A stretch of 44,499 nt of DNA from Anaerolineae bacterium (GCA_016927375.1 JAFGMS010000157.1:1-44499); one strand, 5' to 3'. Shown: positions 9,157-18,330, numbered from the stretch's first letter. Notes: generated by a model not told the origin, from the sequence alone. Numbers and translations are program-made.

Positions 9157-10017
9157 TTACCTGGGATAGACAGCGATGACAATAGGCACTTTGGCTCGCG
9201 ATTCGATGGACAGTGACCGCTCCTCTACCTTCAACTCCAAACCGGTCGAGTAGCCGCCATCCAGATTAAAGGCAACAAACAGGTCGAGGTCGGCCTGCTT
9301 GACCATCCAATCACGCAGCAGATAAAGAGACGCTACACCTTCATCGACGACAACAAACACGATCCGTCCCTGTGTATCCTGAGCTACCGCCGTACGGCGG
9401 CTGAGATCGGCGGCCACATCATCGAACTGGTTGGGGAAACCACCAGGATAGAGGATCATCGGGCTGCACTGTACCGCCTGCTCAAAATACTCTTCGGGCT
9501 GGTAAGGGAACTGAGCCAGTGAGCGTATGCTGACGGTATCGCCTGAGACCGTCAGCATACCACCATGATGGTCGAAGGACGTCCCAAAGCGCTGGCCATC
9601 GGCAAAGATCAACCCTCGAGGTTGGTTGTTGGTCTGAAAGAAGCCGCCATTCACCACCAGCAAAGCGCCCAGGCGCTGCTGCCAATTAGACACCTCACCG
9701 GGATTCATCGGCGAGTAATGGACGCGAAAAGCAAACTGCTCCGGATCGATCCGGACGACTGTCACATCAACAGGCGCATTCAGTCCTTCAATCCACATTG
9801 CCATGATGCGCAGCTCAAACCCCGGCAGCCATTCTTCCCACTCCGGTGAAGGGGTAGCACTCGGTGGGAGCGGCGATGGCGTGGCCGAGGCTTCTGCTTC
9901 AGGCAAAGCTGTGCGGGTTGCAACCGGGGTCACCCCAAAAGGCCCGGCCGGCATATTGCAGGCAGCCAACGACAAAACGACAAAGAAGATGAAGAGAGAT
10001 TGGTGAGCAGCAGTCAT
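9157..10017 (-). CDS. phosphodiester glycosidase family (DUF2233) lipoprotein
   Basis: Signal peptide with lipobox LSLAAC, a Pro/Ser/Thr linker, and family motifs VVNGGFF and AFNLDGGYSTG. Confidence 0.75.
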   Translation of the reverse strand: MTAAHQSLFIFFVVLSLAACNMPAGPFGVTPVATRTALPEAEASATPSPLPPSATPSPEWEEWLPGFELRIMAMWIEGLNAPVDVTVVRIDPEQFAFRVHYSPMNPGEVSNWQQRLGALLVVNGGFFQTNNQPRGLIFADGQRFGTSFDHHGGMLTVSGDTVSIRSLAQFPYQPEEYFEQAVQCSPMILYPGGFPNQFDDVAADLSRRTAVAQDTQGRIVFVVVDEGVASLYLLRDWMVKQADLDLFVAFNLDGGYSTGLELKVEERSLSIESRAKVPIVIAVYPR

Positions 10018-10024
10018 GACTCCC

Positions 10025-10846
10025 TCATGCCAGTTTTTGCGCCTTAATGGAATACATCAACGGGATAATCCCATCGCCCTCACTCAGGTGATAATAGCCG
10101 TCATCGCCAAGCTGCATCGATGGCAGCATGGAGCCATCTACGGTATAAGGGAACTCATGCAAGAACTCGATCCGCAGCCCAGCATCGATTAGGGCTGTCA
10201 CGATCTCCCCCAACCTGTGATCCCATTCGTAATGGACACGCTGACTGACCGGCGTCTCCGGCTCGGCATAAGAGCCATCACCCTCGAATTCAAGTGGCTC
10301 TGACTGGCCAAAATAAGGATAGCGCACCTTCAGCTCAGGTGTATCGGCCTCATCGTCAAAGACATAGGCAAAGGGATGCAACTCTGCAATGTAAAACATG
10401 CCGCCCGGCTTCAGAAAGTGGGCAACGATATGAGCCCAGCGCCCGATATCCCGCAGCCAACAAAGGACGCCATAGGAAGTAAACACAATGTCGAATTGAC
10501 CGTCGAGCACATCCGGCAGCCCATAAACATCGGATAGAATGAATGTAGCCGGGATATCCAGCTCACAGCTAAGACGGCGAGCGATTTCAATCGCCTTATC
10601 CGAGAAGTCGATGCCCGTAACGGTCGCTCCCAGGCGCGCCCAGGAAAGAGTATCCAGCCCGAAGTGACACTGCAAATGCAGCAGCGACTTTCCTGACACA
10701 TCGCCAACCTCTTCAAGCTCTAACTGGTGTAGCGATAGCTTCCCTGACTTGAATCCTTCTACATCATAGGATGCCGACTTCTCATGGATGATCGCCCACT
10801 CGTTCCAAAGATTGAGATTGGCCTGGCCATACCTATCCGTGGTCAC
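10025..10846 (-). CDS. class I SAM-dependent methyltransferase
   Basis: Motif I-like LLHLQCHFGLDT followed by VTGIDFSDKAIEIA, and post-I/II motifs (FDIVFTSYGVLCWL, LKPGGMFYI). GTG start overlaps the upstream stop (GTGA). Confidence 0.8.
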   Translation of the reverse strand: MTTDRYGQANLNLWNEWAIIHEKSASYDVEGFKSGKLSLHQLELEEVGDVSGKSLLHLQCHFGLDTLSWARLGATVTGIDFSDKAIEIARRLSCELDIPATFILSDVYGLPDVLDGQFDIVFTSYGVLCWLRDIGRWAHIVAHFLKPGGMFYIAELHPFAYVFDDEADTPELKVRYPYFGQSEPLEFEGDGSYAEPETPVSQRVHYEWDHRLGEIVTALIDAGLRIEFLHEFPYTVDGSMLPSMQLGDDGYYHLSEGDGIIPLMYSIKAQKLA

Positions 10847-11031
10847 GCCACTTCCTTTTGAAGATCGTCACACAGGTCCTTCGATTTCTTTAGCCCGGCA
10901 CCACTCTGGTCAACAACAAGTTTGACGGCTGCGATGCGTTCCCCTCGCCTCAGCAAGTCAATTACTCTCCCGATATCGATCCTCCCCTCGGGAATGTCGT
11001 GCTTTTTGAGCAGCCTAACTATATAGTCCAT
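10843..11031 (-). CDS. 62-aa protein with ribosomal L7/L12 C-terminal-domain-like segment
   Basis: RIAAVKLVVDQSGAGLKKSKDLCDDL resembles the L7/L12 CTD (K-I-A-V-I-K-x-V-R-x-x-T-G-L-G-L-K-E-A-K-D-L-V). Starts 3 nt after the upstream stop and overlaps the next gene by 4 nt. Confidence 0.55.
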   Translation of the reverse strand: MDYIVRLLKKHDIPEGRIDIGRVIDLLRRGERIAAVKLVVDQSGAGLKKSKDLCDDLQKEVA

Positions 11032-11034
11032 CGT

Positions 11035-13908
11035 TCACCTCTTTTCCTTATCTTCTCCTCGCCGGGCCTGTTTGCTCTTGAGCAGACTGGCCGCCGTCCC
11101 CCTACCCGATCCCGGCTGAGAAGCCTGGCGCGGAACCGGCCTGGGAGCTGGATCAGGCTGCTCTCTAGCGGGCTGTACAGGTGCACTGGGTTTCTCTGGC
11201 TCCCCGGTGACCGGGTGGCGCGGCCTGGGCACCCGATCTTTGACCGACAGCAGCGATCCGACACGTGATGCACCGGACTGAACAGGAGCGGCTTTCCGCC
11301 GTCCAATGCCTAACCAGGCCAGCAGCCTGGTCCAATCCGACCGGGCAATAACCAAACGCCGCACAGCGATATCAAAGGGCAGGATGAGTGTTGCGGCCAG
11401 CAGCAGCCAGGGCCAGATCGGCTGCTGCGCGGGGGCGTGGCTCAGATTGTGGGCAAAGACCCCTTCTGCGCTGTCCAACAGAGCACCACCCGTCAACCCT
11501 GTAATATAAGCCAGATAGTCAGGATCGCCGCTGAGAGACCGGTATTCCGGCGAATAGGATAACACCCAACCGGTAGTTTGAGCCAATGCTGCCTTTGAAT
11601 CCGAGCCGTCATCCGGATTGGCGCCCGCTACCCGAACGAAGTAGGCGCCCTCCTCGCCGGGCTCGAAGGTGCCTTCATAGCGCCCCGGCGCGATCTGCTG
11701 GAGCGTCATCGGCGTCGATTCGAGATTGGGGCCAACCACGCTGGCCGTCATCTCCAGATCGTTCAAATAGGAGCCATCATCGGCCAGGGCATCGACGACG
11801 ATATGAGCAGTCTCGCCCTCCTGGGTCACCCGCACTTCGACGTTCTGGTTTACGCCTTCGGTGATCGTCCAGCGCACTGCCTGCGACCAAAAACGAGCAT
11901 AGTCCGGCCAGCCCGCCCAGTTGATCGCCCAGCGCCCGGTAGCATCGGAGGTCCAGGCCACAGCCCGGCCCAGCCCATACTGCCAGGAAGCCAGCAGCGG
12001 ATCCTTCTCATCGGTCATCAGGATTTGTTGAGCTGTCGGCTTGACCGTCGCCCCGACATATCCCATCAGCGAGGGCGTCGAGGAAATGCCGCTGAGGATC
12101 GGGCTGGTGCTGGTCAGCTCCGGGTAAAACTCGTGCTCGATGATATAGGCTTTGGTGGCGATCACCGTTTCCTCAGAGAAAATCTCCGGGATAGTATCGA
12201 CATTATGGGCGTAGTGAAAGCGTCCATCGGCAATCTCGGGCAGCCTTTCGATCCAGGGCGCATACCCCTCGCCTATGGCAATCACCGAGAACGTAATCCC
12301 TTCCTCATCATACATCTTCTGAACAAGATCTGAGACACCGGCCTCAGATGCTCCACCATCGGTTAGGAGAATGATGTGGCGCAGCTGGCTGTCATCCTTG
12401 GGCAGCACCTGGCTGACCGCCAGCACACCGGAATAGATGTCCGTACCTCCTTCAGCACGAATAGTCCCCACTCGCATCGCAACTGAGCTGGGATCTTCCA
12501 GCTTGCTGAGCGGCACCACCCACGAGGCACTCTCATCGAAAGCAACCACACCGACTTTGTCAAATGGATTCAGTAAATTGACCGAGCGGATAATGGCCTC
12601 TTTAGCCAGCTCGACTTTCTGAAAGCCCCCCAGACTGGTATCCGACATCGAACCGGAGTGATCGATGGTGTAGACGACAGCCATCCTCGGCAGCCGCTCC
12701 TGATCCTTGAGCTGCATCTCGACAGGCAGCGTCTCTTCGAGCGGCGTCTGGAAATATCCGCCGACGGCATAAGCATGCGGCCCCCCGATCACCACCAGCC
12801 CGCCACCCAGGTCGCGCACGTAAGACTGGATGATACGCATCTTGCCGGGGCCAAGGTTGCGGGCGGGTACATTCACCAGGACGATGCTCTGGTAGCCGGA
12901 GAGAGTCGCCAGGTCAGCGGGCATGGTAGCGCCTTCGGTGCGATCCACCAGCAGTCCCTGCGAAAGCAGTGCATCGGCCAGATTGCCCATCTCAAAATCC
13001 TCATCAGCGACAATCAGCACCCGTGGGGGGCCTACTACCTGGGTAAAGGCCGAAAGCTCGTTGTTCTGGTAGAAGACATCCGCACTGGCACCCCCCTCGG
13101 GGATCACCTGGACACGGAATGATGTCAACCCGGGCTCTGTAGCAGTCAGAGTAAAGGGGTAGCGGTTGATACCGGGTGTCAGTGCAACGCCCTGCTCGAC
13201 TAGAACCTGTCCTCCTCCGATCACACGCAGCACGGCATTGGCCTGAACGGTGCTCTCGACCGTCACAGTCATATCAAAGGTCTGGCCCTCGCTCATGCGG
13301 GTGGGAACATCCACATCCGTAACCAGCACCTCTGCCCCCTGCACGGTGCTGACCGGCACAGCGACAATCTGCACACCCGAGGCAGCCGCCAGCCGGGCCG
13401 CACCCTCAGCATCTCCACTATTGGCCAACCCATCGGACAAGATAACCATACGACGTGCTGCGCCAGGCGGGTAGAGGGCCATCCCCAGCCGGATAGCCTC
13501 GGCGAGGTCGGTATTTAGCGGGATGACTTTCGACTCGATGGGGCCAGTCTCGCGGCTGCCCGACATCGGGCGCTCGACCAGTGCATCCGAGCCAAAAACC
13601 ACGATAGCCGCCTGATCGTCCACCTGCATCCGGTCGATGGCATCGGCGGCGTACTGGCGTGCATTTTCCACCACTTGAGGCGGCATCGAGTCGGAGGCAT
13701 CGATAAGGAACACGACTGCCAGCCGGTCCGAGGCGCTGACGACCTGAAAACCCGCCAGAGCCAGCACCAACAGGATGATGATCAGAGCACGCAGAAGCAA
13801 CGCTATCCGGGAGCGGGCACGGGCCCACGCCCCGATAGGCCTGCCCAACCACAAGAAATAGGGCAGCATCAGCAGTCCAAGCAAGGCAAGAGGATAGGTA
13901 AAGGTCAT
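11035..13908 (-). CDS. 957-aa membrane-anchored double-vWA protein (BatB-like) with GATase1-like middle module
   Basis: BatA-type N-terminal TM pair. Two MIDAS motifs (VVFLIDASDSM and VVYTIDHSGSM). Module ...IVLVNVPARNLGPGKMRIIQSYVRDLGGGLVVIGG. C-terminal TM and a Pro/Arg-rich tail. Confidence 0.8.
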   Translation of the reverse strand: MTFTYPLALLGLLMLPYFLWLGRPIGAWARARSRIALLLRALIIILLVLALAGFQVVSASDRLAVVFLIDASDSMPPQVVENARQYAADAIDRMQVDDQAAIVVFGSDALVERPMSGSRETGPIESKVIPLNTDLAEAIRLGMALYPPGAARRMVILSDGLANSGDAEGAARLAAASGVQIVAVPVSTVQGAEVLVTDVDVPTRMSEGQTFDMTVTVESTVQANAVLRVIGGGQVLVEQGVALTPGINRYPFTLTATEPGLTSFRVQVIPEGGASADVFYQNNELSAFTQVVGPPRVLIVADEDFEMGNLADALLSQGLLVDRTEGATMPADLATLSGYQSIVLVNVPARNLGPGKMRIIQSYVRDLGGGLVVIGGPHAYAVGGYFQTPLEETLPVEMQLKDQERLPRMAVVYTIDHSGSMSDTSLGGFQKVELAKEAIIRSVNLLNPFDKVGVVAFDESASWVVPLSKLEDPSSVAMRVGTIRAEGGTDIYSGVLAVSQVLPKDDSQLRHIILLTDGGASEAGVSDLVQKMYDEEGITFSVIAIGEGYAPWIERLPEIADGRFHYAHNVDTIPEIFSEETVIATKAYIIEHEFYPELTSTSPILSGISSTPSLMGYVGATVKPTAQQILMTDEKDPLLASWQYGLGRAVAWTSDATGRWAINWAGWPDYARFWSQAVRWTITEGVNQNVEVRVTQEGETAHIVVDALADDGSYLNDLEMTASVVGPNLESTPMTLQQIAPGRYEGTFEPGEEGAYFVRVAGANPDDGSDSKAALAQTTGWVLSYSPEYRSLSGDPDYLAYITGLTGGALLDSAEGVFAHNLSHAPAQQPIWPWLLLAATLILPFDIAVRRLVIARSDWTRLLAWLGIGRRKAAPVQSGASRVGSLLSVKDRVPRPRHPVTGEPEKPSAPVQPAREQPDPAPRPVPRQASQPGSGRGTAASLLKSKQARRGEDKEKR

Positions 13909-13990
13909 GAGTAGAGCACCGTTATTTGTGCCAACATATCACGTGATACAGCGAATTTGATATTTAACATTTTGTCGCCGTCGAGATGTC

Positions 13991-14407
13991 CTATTCGCCT
14001 ATCATCTGAACCACCAACCGGCGCTGGCGAGAGCGGTTATCGAAATCGATATAGATGATTTGCTGCCAGGTGCCCAGCGTCAATTCACCTTTCACAAACG
14101 GGACGGTCAGGCTGGGGCCAAGCAGCGCCGCCCGCACGTGACTGTGCCCATTCCCATCACCCCATCGAGCGTTGTGGGCATAGTCGCGCCTCGAGTCGAC
14201 GATCTCGTCAAACAAGCGTCGCAGATCGGACAGCGCACCGCTCTCGTACTCGATGGTCGTCAGCCCGCTGGTCGAGCTGGGGCAGAAGACGGTTACAGTA
14301 CCGTCAGCCAGCCCGCTGCCCCGCACCAGCCCGGCAACCTCATCGGTGATATCAGAAATATCGGCATTGCCGCGTGTTGCAAGTTTGATCTCTTTTGTGA
14401 CAACCAT
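13991..14407 (-). CDS. YjbQ/UPF0047 family protein (secondary thiamine-phosphate synthase family)
   Basis: 138 aa. Family-typical TVFCPSSTSGLTTIEYESGALSDL, ...HSHVRAALLGPSLTVPF and ...LGTWQQIIYIDFD. Confidence 0.85.
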   Translation of the reverse strand: MVVTKEIKLATRGNADISDITDEVAGLVRGSGLADGTVTVFCPSSTSGLTTIEYESGALSDLRRLFDEIVDSRRDYAHNARWGDGNGHSHVRAALLGPSLTVPFVKGELTLGTWQQIIYIDFDNRSRQRRLVVQMIGE

Positions 14408-14535
14408 GTTCTCCTCACCAGAAGGCCTATATATAACGCTTGCTCCGTGTCGCTCAACGATTGCTTCCTGAAATCAGGGATGCCCCTAATCATCGATTAC
14501 CCACTCACTCGATGAAAACAATCGTCAATCATCAA

Positions 14536-16416
14536 TTACCTGCTGCCGACCCACCCCGGCAGCGTGCTGCCTCGATGATAGACCCACCACTCAACAACCA
14601 GAACCGCCAATGCAGCGGCAGCCAGCCAGGGCCATAACTCACGCTGGCCATATTCATCGCGTTCCTCCTTGCCGCTGATCGCCGTCTGACCGACCGTAAT
14701 CGAATCGGCGGGGGTGATGTGGCTCTCGGCGGGTGAGAAAAGGTTCACGGCGAAAGCCGCACTCGTCTCGACCTGCGTACCACTGACCAGCTCTACCTGG
14801 TAGATGCCCAGCTGCGTCGTCGCCGAAAAAGACAAGGGCACCTCGCTCACCGGGAATGTCTGCACGGCGCTATCAGGCAGAGTGATCCGGTAGCCGCTGG
14901 TGTCGGCTTGAGCACGGATGGCTATCGGTTGGCCCGGCCGCAGGCCATCCGGTGCGTCGAAGGGCTGTGATGGCGAATACCACTCCAGCAGGTTGGCAAC
15001 CAGGATCGGGAAATCGATCCGCAGCGGCAGATCGGAGGCATGCAAATCGAAGGTCAGGATGGCAACACGCCGACCTGCCACGGTCCCAACCAGCAACAAA
15101 GGCCCTCCCTCAGCATCGACCAATGCTTTGGCCCAGCCAGGCGTTTGCACCGGCGTCGCCTCGCGAACGGCAACCGGCTCAAAATCCACAAAAGCCAGAA
15201 TGGGATCATCGACCTGACGGACAAAGCGGGTATCGGTGAACTTCTCTCCCACAGCAAACAAATCGGTGCTGTTCGGCGGATTGATGATCAGGAGGTTGGT
15301 TTCAGGGAGCTCCTCAGGCAGCCAACCATCGAGCACCACCAGATCGAACCGCTCTTGCGGCAGCTCGCCGGGCGTTGCGCGGAAAGCATTCAGCGTGGGG
15401 AAAGCCGAAAAGACCTGCTGCAAAAACAGGTTGCTCTCGGTGACAATCAAGACTTGCCCGCTCACAGGCGGCGTATAGACGGCATAAGCCACGTCGTCCA
15501 CCGGCAGATAATCGCTGCCACCACCTTCGACGGGCGCGCTCAGCGAGGCCCTGATAAGCCGGGTCGAGGAAGGCAAATCCGTGATGGTGCGGTTGGCCGT
15601 CTCGCCCGCCGGAACACTCAGCCGCTCAGCAGACAGCAGCTCGCTGTCCACCTCCAGACTGAGGATGATGTCGGCATCTTCAGTTCCGGTATTGGTAACG
15701 GCCGCAAACAGCTGCGGCCTGTCGTCCAATGGGCGGGTGGCCAATGCCGATATGGCCAGGTTCGACGAACGCCTCCCAACCTTTATGTAGCGCACCGGGA
15801 CAGGCAGCGCGGGCAGATTGGTAGGCAGGCCGCCGTCAGAGATAATCACGACGCTGGCCTGCTCCCGCCCGGCGATGCTTGCTCCGGCCAGCGCCAGCGC
15901 GGCCTCCCAATCAGCCGGAGCCTGGGTGGGCTCTGCCCGGTTCAGCGCCGCTCGCAGCACGGTCTGATCGCCGCTGGGCGGGCTGATGACATTCGGCGTT
16001 GGTCCAACTGTGATGATGGTCATCACCTCATCGCTGGCCAGATCACCAATCAAAGCTCGCGCCTGGCTACGGGCGGCGTCAAAGCGCGTCGCCCCGCCCG
16101 TCATATCGGCAGCGTTCATGCTGGCAGAAGCATCGATGAGCAAAGCAACACTGCCGGCTGCCACACTGGGGATCGGGATGAACGGCCGGGCCAATGCGAT
16201 CACCAGGGCAGCAAGGATCAGCAGCTGAAGGATCAGCAGCAGATTGCGGCGAAGCTTCTGCCAGGGCGCATTGGCCTCCCGGTCTTGCATCAGACGCCGC
16301 CACAGCATAATGCTGCTGATCGGCACTTCACGGCGGCGCAGACGCAGCATGTAGAGGATAATGATGGGCACCGCCAGCGCCGCCAGAGCGAGAAAAGTTG
16401 GCGTGAGGAAATTCAT
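14536..16416 (-). CDS. BatA-like vWA-domain membrane protein
   Basis: Aerotolerance-regulator-type N-terminus MNFLTPTFLALAALAVPIIILYMLRLRRR, a second TM, MIDAS VALLIDASASM, and a C-terminal TM. Confidence 0.8.
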   Translation of the reverse strand: MNFLTPTFLALAALAVPIIILYMLRLRRREVPISSIMLWRRLMQDREANAPWQKLRRNLLLILQLLILAALVIALARPFIPIPSVAAGSVALLIDASASMNAADMTGGATRFDAARSQARALIGDLASDEVMTIITVGPTPNVISPPSGDQTVLRAALNRAEPTQAPADWEAALALAGASIAGREQASVVIISDGGLPTNLPALPVPVRYIKVGRRSSNLAISALATRPLDDRPQLFAAVTNTGTEDADIILSLEVDSELLSAERLSVPAGETANRTITDLPSSTRLIRASLSAPVEGGGSDYLPVDDVAYAVYTPPVSGQVLIVTESNLFLQQVFSAFPTLNAFRATPGELPQERFDLVVLDGWLPEELPETNLLIINPPNSTDLFAVGEKFTDTRFVRQVDDPILAFVDFEPVAVREATPVQTPGWAKALVDAEGGPLLLVGTVAGRRVAILTFDLHASDLPLRIDFPILVANLLEWYSPSQPFDAPDGLRPGQPIAIRAQADTSGYRITLPDSAVQTFPVSEVPLSFSATTQLGIYQVELVSGTQVETSAAFAVNLFSPAESHITPADSITVGQTAISGKEERDEYGQRELWPWLAAAALAVLVVEWWVYHRGSTLPGWVGSR

Positions 16417-16420
16417 TTTT

Positions 16421-16455
16421 TGGCTCTTAGCTGTTGGCTGTTAGCTGTCAGCTTC
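16421..16455. repeat. heptamer tandem array (TGGCTCT TAGCTGT TGGCTGT TAGCTGT CAGCTTC)
   Basis: Five 7-nt units between panD and the BatA-like gene. Reverse-complement type of the array at 39891-39960. A second heptamer type (CATTGCT CGTTGCT CGATCAG) lies at 16477-16497 inside the panD 3' end. Confidence 0.8.
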
Positions 16456-16468
16456 TGTACTTTGACAA

Positions 16469-16867
16469 TCAGCCTTCATTGCTCGTTGCTCGATCAGTGA
16501 TATTACCTTCCAGCTTGACCGACACAACACGGTTTTTCTCATCGAGCACCAGGACGCGCGGTTCCCAGCCAGCCGGGGGCGGAGCGGAAACCTGGGCAAA
16601 GGCCATGATGATGACACGGTCGCCCACGCTGACCAGCCGGGCTGCTGCCCCGTTAAGCTGTATCACTCCAGAGCCAGGCTCGCCGGGAATGATATAGGTC
16701 TCGAAGCGTGCCCCGTTTTCTATGTCGACCACCAATACCTTTTCGTACGGATACATACCGACCTGATCAAGCAAATCGGTGGCAATGGTGATGCTGCCAA
16801 CATAATCCAGGTCCGCGCCGGTAACCCGCGCCTGATGCAACTTCGCTTTCAACATCGAAACATACAT
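16469..16867 (-). CDS. panD: aspartate 1-decarboxylase (pyruvoyl-dependent)
   Basis: MYVSMLKAKLHQARVTGADLDYVGSITI aligns with E. coli PanD [28 protein letters not shown], including the Gly-Ser self-cleavage site. C-terminal extension present. Confidence 0.92.
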   Translation of the reverse strand: MYVSMLKAKLHQARVTGADLDYVGSITIATDLLDQVGMYPYEKVLVVDIENGARFETYIIPGEPGSGVIQLNGAAARLVSVGDRVIIMAFAQVSAPPPAGWEPRVLVLDEKNRVVSVKLEGNITDRATSNEG

Positions 16868-16899
16868 ATTTACTCCCGTACGGCTATCTACTGCTTTTA

Positions 16900-16923
16900 T
16901 TTTGATCCACGAATTCCACGAAG
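16900..16923. repeat. left arm of inverted repeat flanking the GxxExxY gene
   Basis: TTTTGATCCACGAATTCCACGAAG. The 12-nt perfect core GATCCACGAATT (16904-16915) is the reverse complement of 17347-17358. Confidence 0.75.
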
Positions 16924-16942
16924 AACACTAATTATGATAATT

Positions 16943-17314
16943 TCACAGGATAATACGTTTGAAACGCAGGCTGCTCTCGCCAAAGTTCATCAACAGTCCC
17001 AAACGAAGGCCGCTGGCTTTGAGGTAGGATAAAACCTGGGATTGATGAACTTTGGCCAGCGTGTCCACAGCTTTCAACTCAACCACAATCTTGGTATCTA
17101 TTACCAGATCGAGGTAGTAGTCTGCAACAACAAGCTCCTTGTAGATTATCTGGATATGTTGCTGAGAAACAAACGGAATATCCAGAATACTCAACTCCCC
17201 TTCCAGAGCAGCCTGATACACATTTTCAGAGAAACCAGGGCCAAGTATCTTGTGCACTTCCATGGCCGCTCCAACCACATTGTAGACCAGGTCTTTGTAC
17301 AGCAAGTCGGTCAA
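16943..17314 (-). CDS. GxxExxY family protein (PD-(D/E)XK nuclease-like fold family)
   Basis: GPGFSENVYQAALEGEL carries the GxxExxY signature, followed by ...DLVIDTKIVVELKA. 123 aa. TTG start. Lower GC than neighbours. Confidence 0.85.
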   Translation of the reverse strand: MTDLLYKDLVYNVVGAAMEVHKILGPGFSENVYQAALEGELSILDIPFVSQQHIQIIYKELVVADYYLDLVIDTKIVVELKAVDTLAKVHQSQVLSYLKASGLRLGLLMNFGESSLRFKRIIL

Positions 17315-17339
17315 GGTGAAATTCCTTTAATTTGTGCCA

Positions 17340-17363
17340 TTTGTGAAATTCGTGGATCGAAAA
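17340..17363. repeat. right arm of inverted repeat flanking the GxxExxY gene
   Basis: Reverse complement reads ATTTTTCGATCCACGAATTTCACAAA, matching 16900-16923 apart from 1 indel and 2 mismatches. Confidence 0.75.
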
Positions 17364-17364
17364 A

Positions 17365-18330
17365 TCACCGCACCACGCCTGCACGGCGGAGGGCGAACAG
17401 GATGACATCCTCCCAGGGTGTGCTGGTCTCCATGGCTACATAGTGCACATCACGCCCAAGGCAGTAAGAAGCCATCTCGCTGCGCCACTCACGCAGCCGG
17501 CGAGCATACAGATCGCGCATAGCACCATCCACGGTCACATCCTGGCCGGCCCCTGTCTCGCTGTCGATCAAGCGGATATCGCCCACCACCGCCGGTTCTA
17601 CTTCGTCGGGCGAAAGCAGATGCAGGATGGTCACCTCGTGGCCCCGGCCCTGCAATGCATTGAGCCCATCACGGTATCCGCCCGGCGAGAGCATATCACC
17701 GATCAGCAGCACCAGCCCGACCCGCCCACCACGCACGGCATAATCGGCCAGGGCCGCGTTGAGATCGGTCGTGCCGTCTGTTTGCAGATGCTCCATCCAG
17801 GTCAGCATCGAGAGCGTCTGCCCGCGCCCGCGCACAGGTCCCCAACGGTCAATCACCCGAGCACCGGCAAGCAGGCTCACCGAGACCCGGTCACCGGTCG
17901 TGAGGCCGATATGCGCCAGCGCCGCTGCCAGCCGCACGCCGTAGCGGAACTTGTGTACATCGACAACTGAGGCAGCCCGCCCCACCCCACCCATGCCATC
18001 GAGCGGCCAATTCATCGACTCGCTGGCATCGAGCAGAACATGAACGGTGAGATCCTCTTCTTCTTCCAGCAGCTTGATAAAGGGTTTCTCCAGACGCGCG
18101 TAGACATTCCAGTCGAGCCGCCGCAAGTCGTCGCCACGCGTGTAGTCACGATAGTCGGCAAACTCGATGGAGGTTCCCTTTTTTACCGATCTGCGCTCGC
18201 CCTTAACCGCCCCGGCACGAACCTTGTGGGCGATCAGGCGCAGCTGCTCCAGCTTGCGCAGTGTCGTTTCATCGAAAAGGCGCTCAGGCGGCATCAATTC
18301 CACCACAGAAAGTGATCGGTACACGGACAA
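17365..18330 (-). CDS. DUF58 domain protein (vWA-like, MoxR partner)
   Basis: Family motif GTSIEFADYRDYTRGDDLRRLDWNVYAR plus the MIDAS-like VLLDASESM. TTG start at 18330 (GTG at 18324 also possible). Confidence 0.85.
   Translation of the reverse strand: MSVYRSLSVVELMPPERLFDETTLRKLEQLRLIAHKVRAGAVKGERRSVKKGTSIEFADYRDYTRGDDLRRLDWNVYARLEKPFIKLLEEEEDLTVHVLLDASESMNWPLDGMGGVGRAASVVDVHKFRYGVRLAAALAHIGLTTGDRVSVSLLAGARVIDRWGPVRGRGQTLSMLTWMEHLQTDGTTDLNAALADYAVRGGRVGLVLLIGDMLSPGGYRDGLNALQGRGHEVTILHLLSPDEVEPAVVGDIRLIDSETGAGQDVTVDGAMRDLYARRLREWRSEMASYCLGRDVHYVAMETSTPWEDVILFALRRAGVVR

Noticed and set aside
15040-16500. 486-aa ORF on the + strand
   Set aside because: It is entirely antisense to the BatA-like vWA gene, which has clear family motifs (BatA N-terminus, MIDAS). 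The translation is R/Q/G/H-rich low complexity, typical of an open antisense frame in GC-rich DNA.
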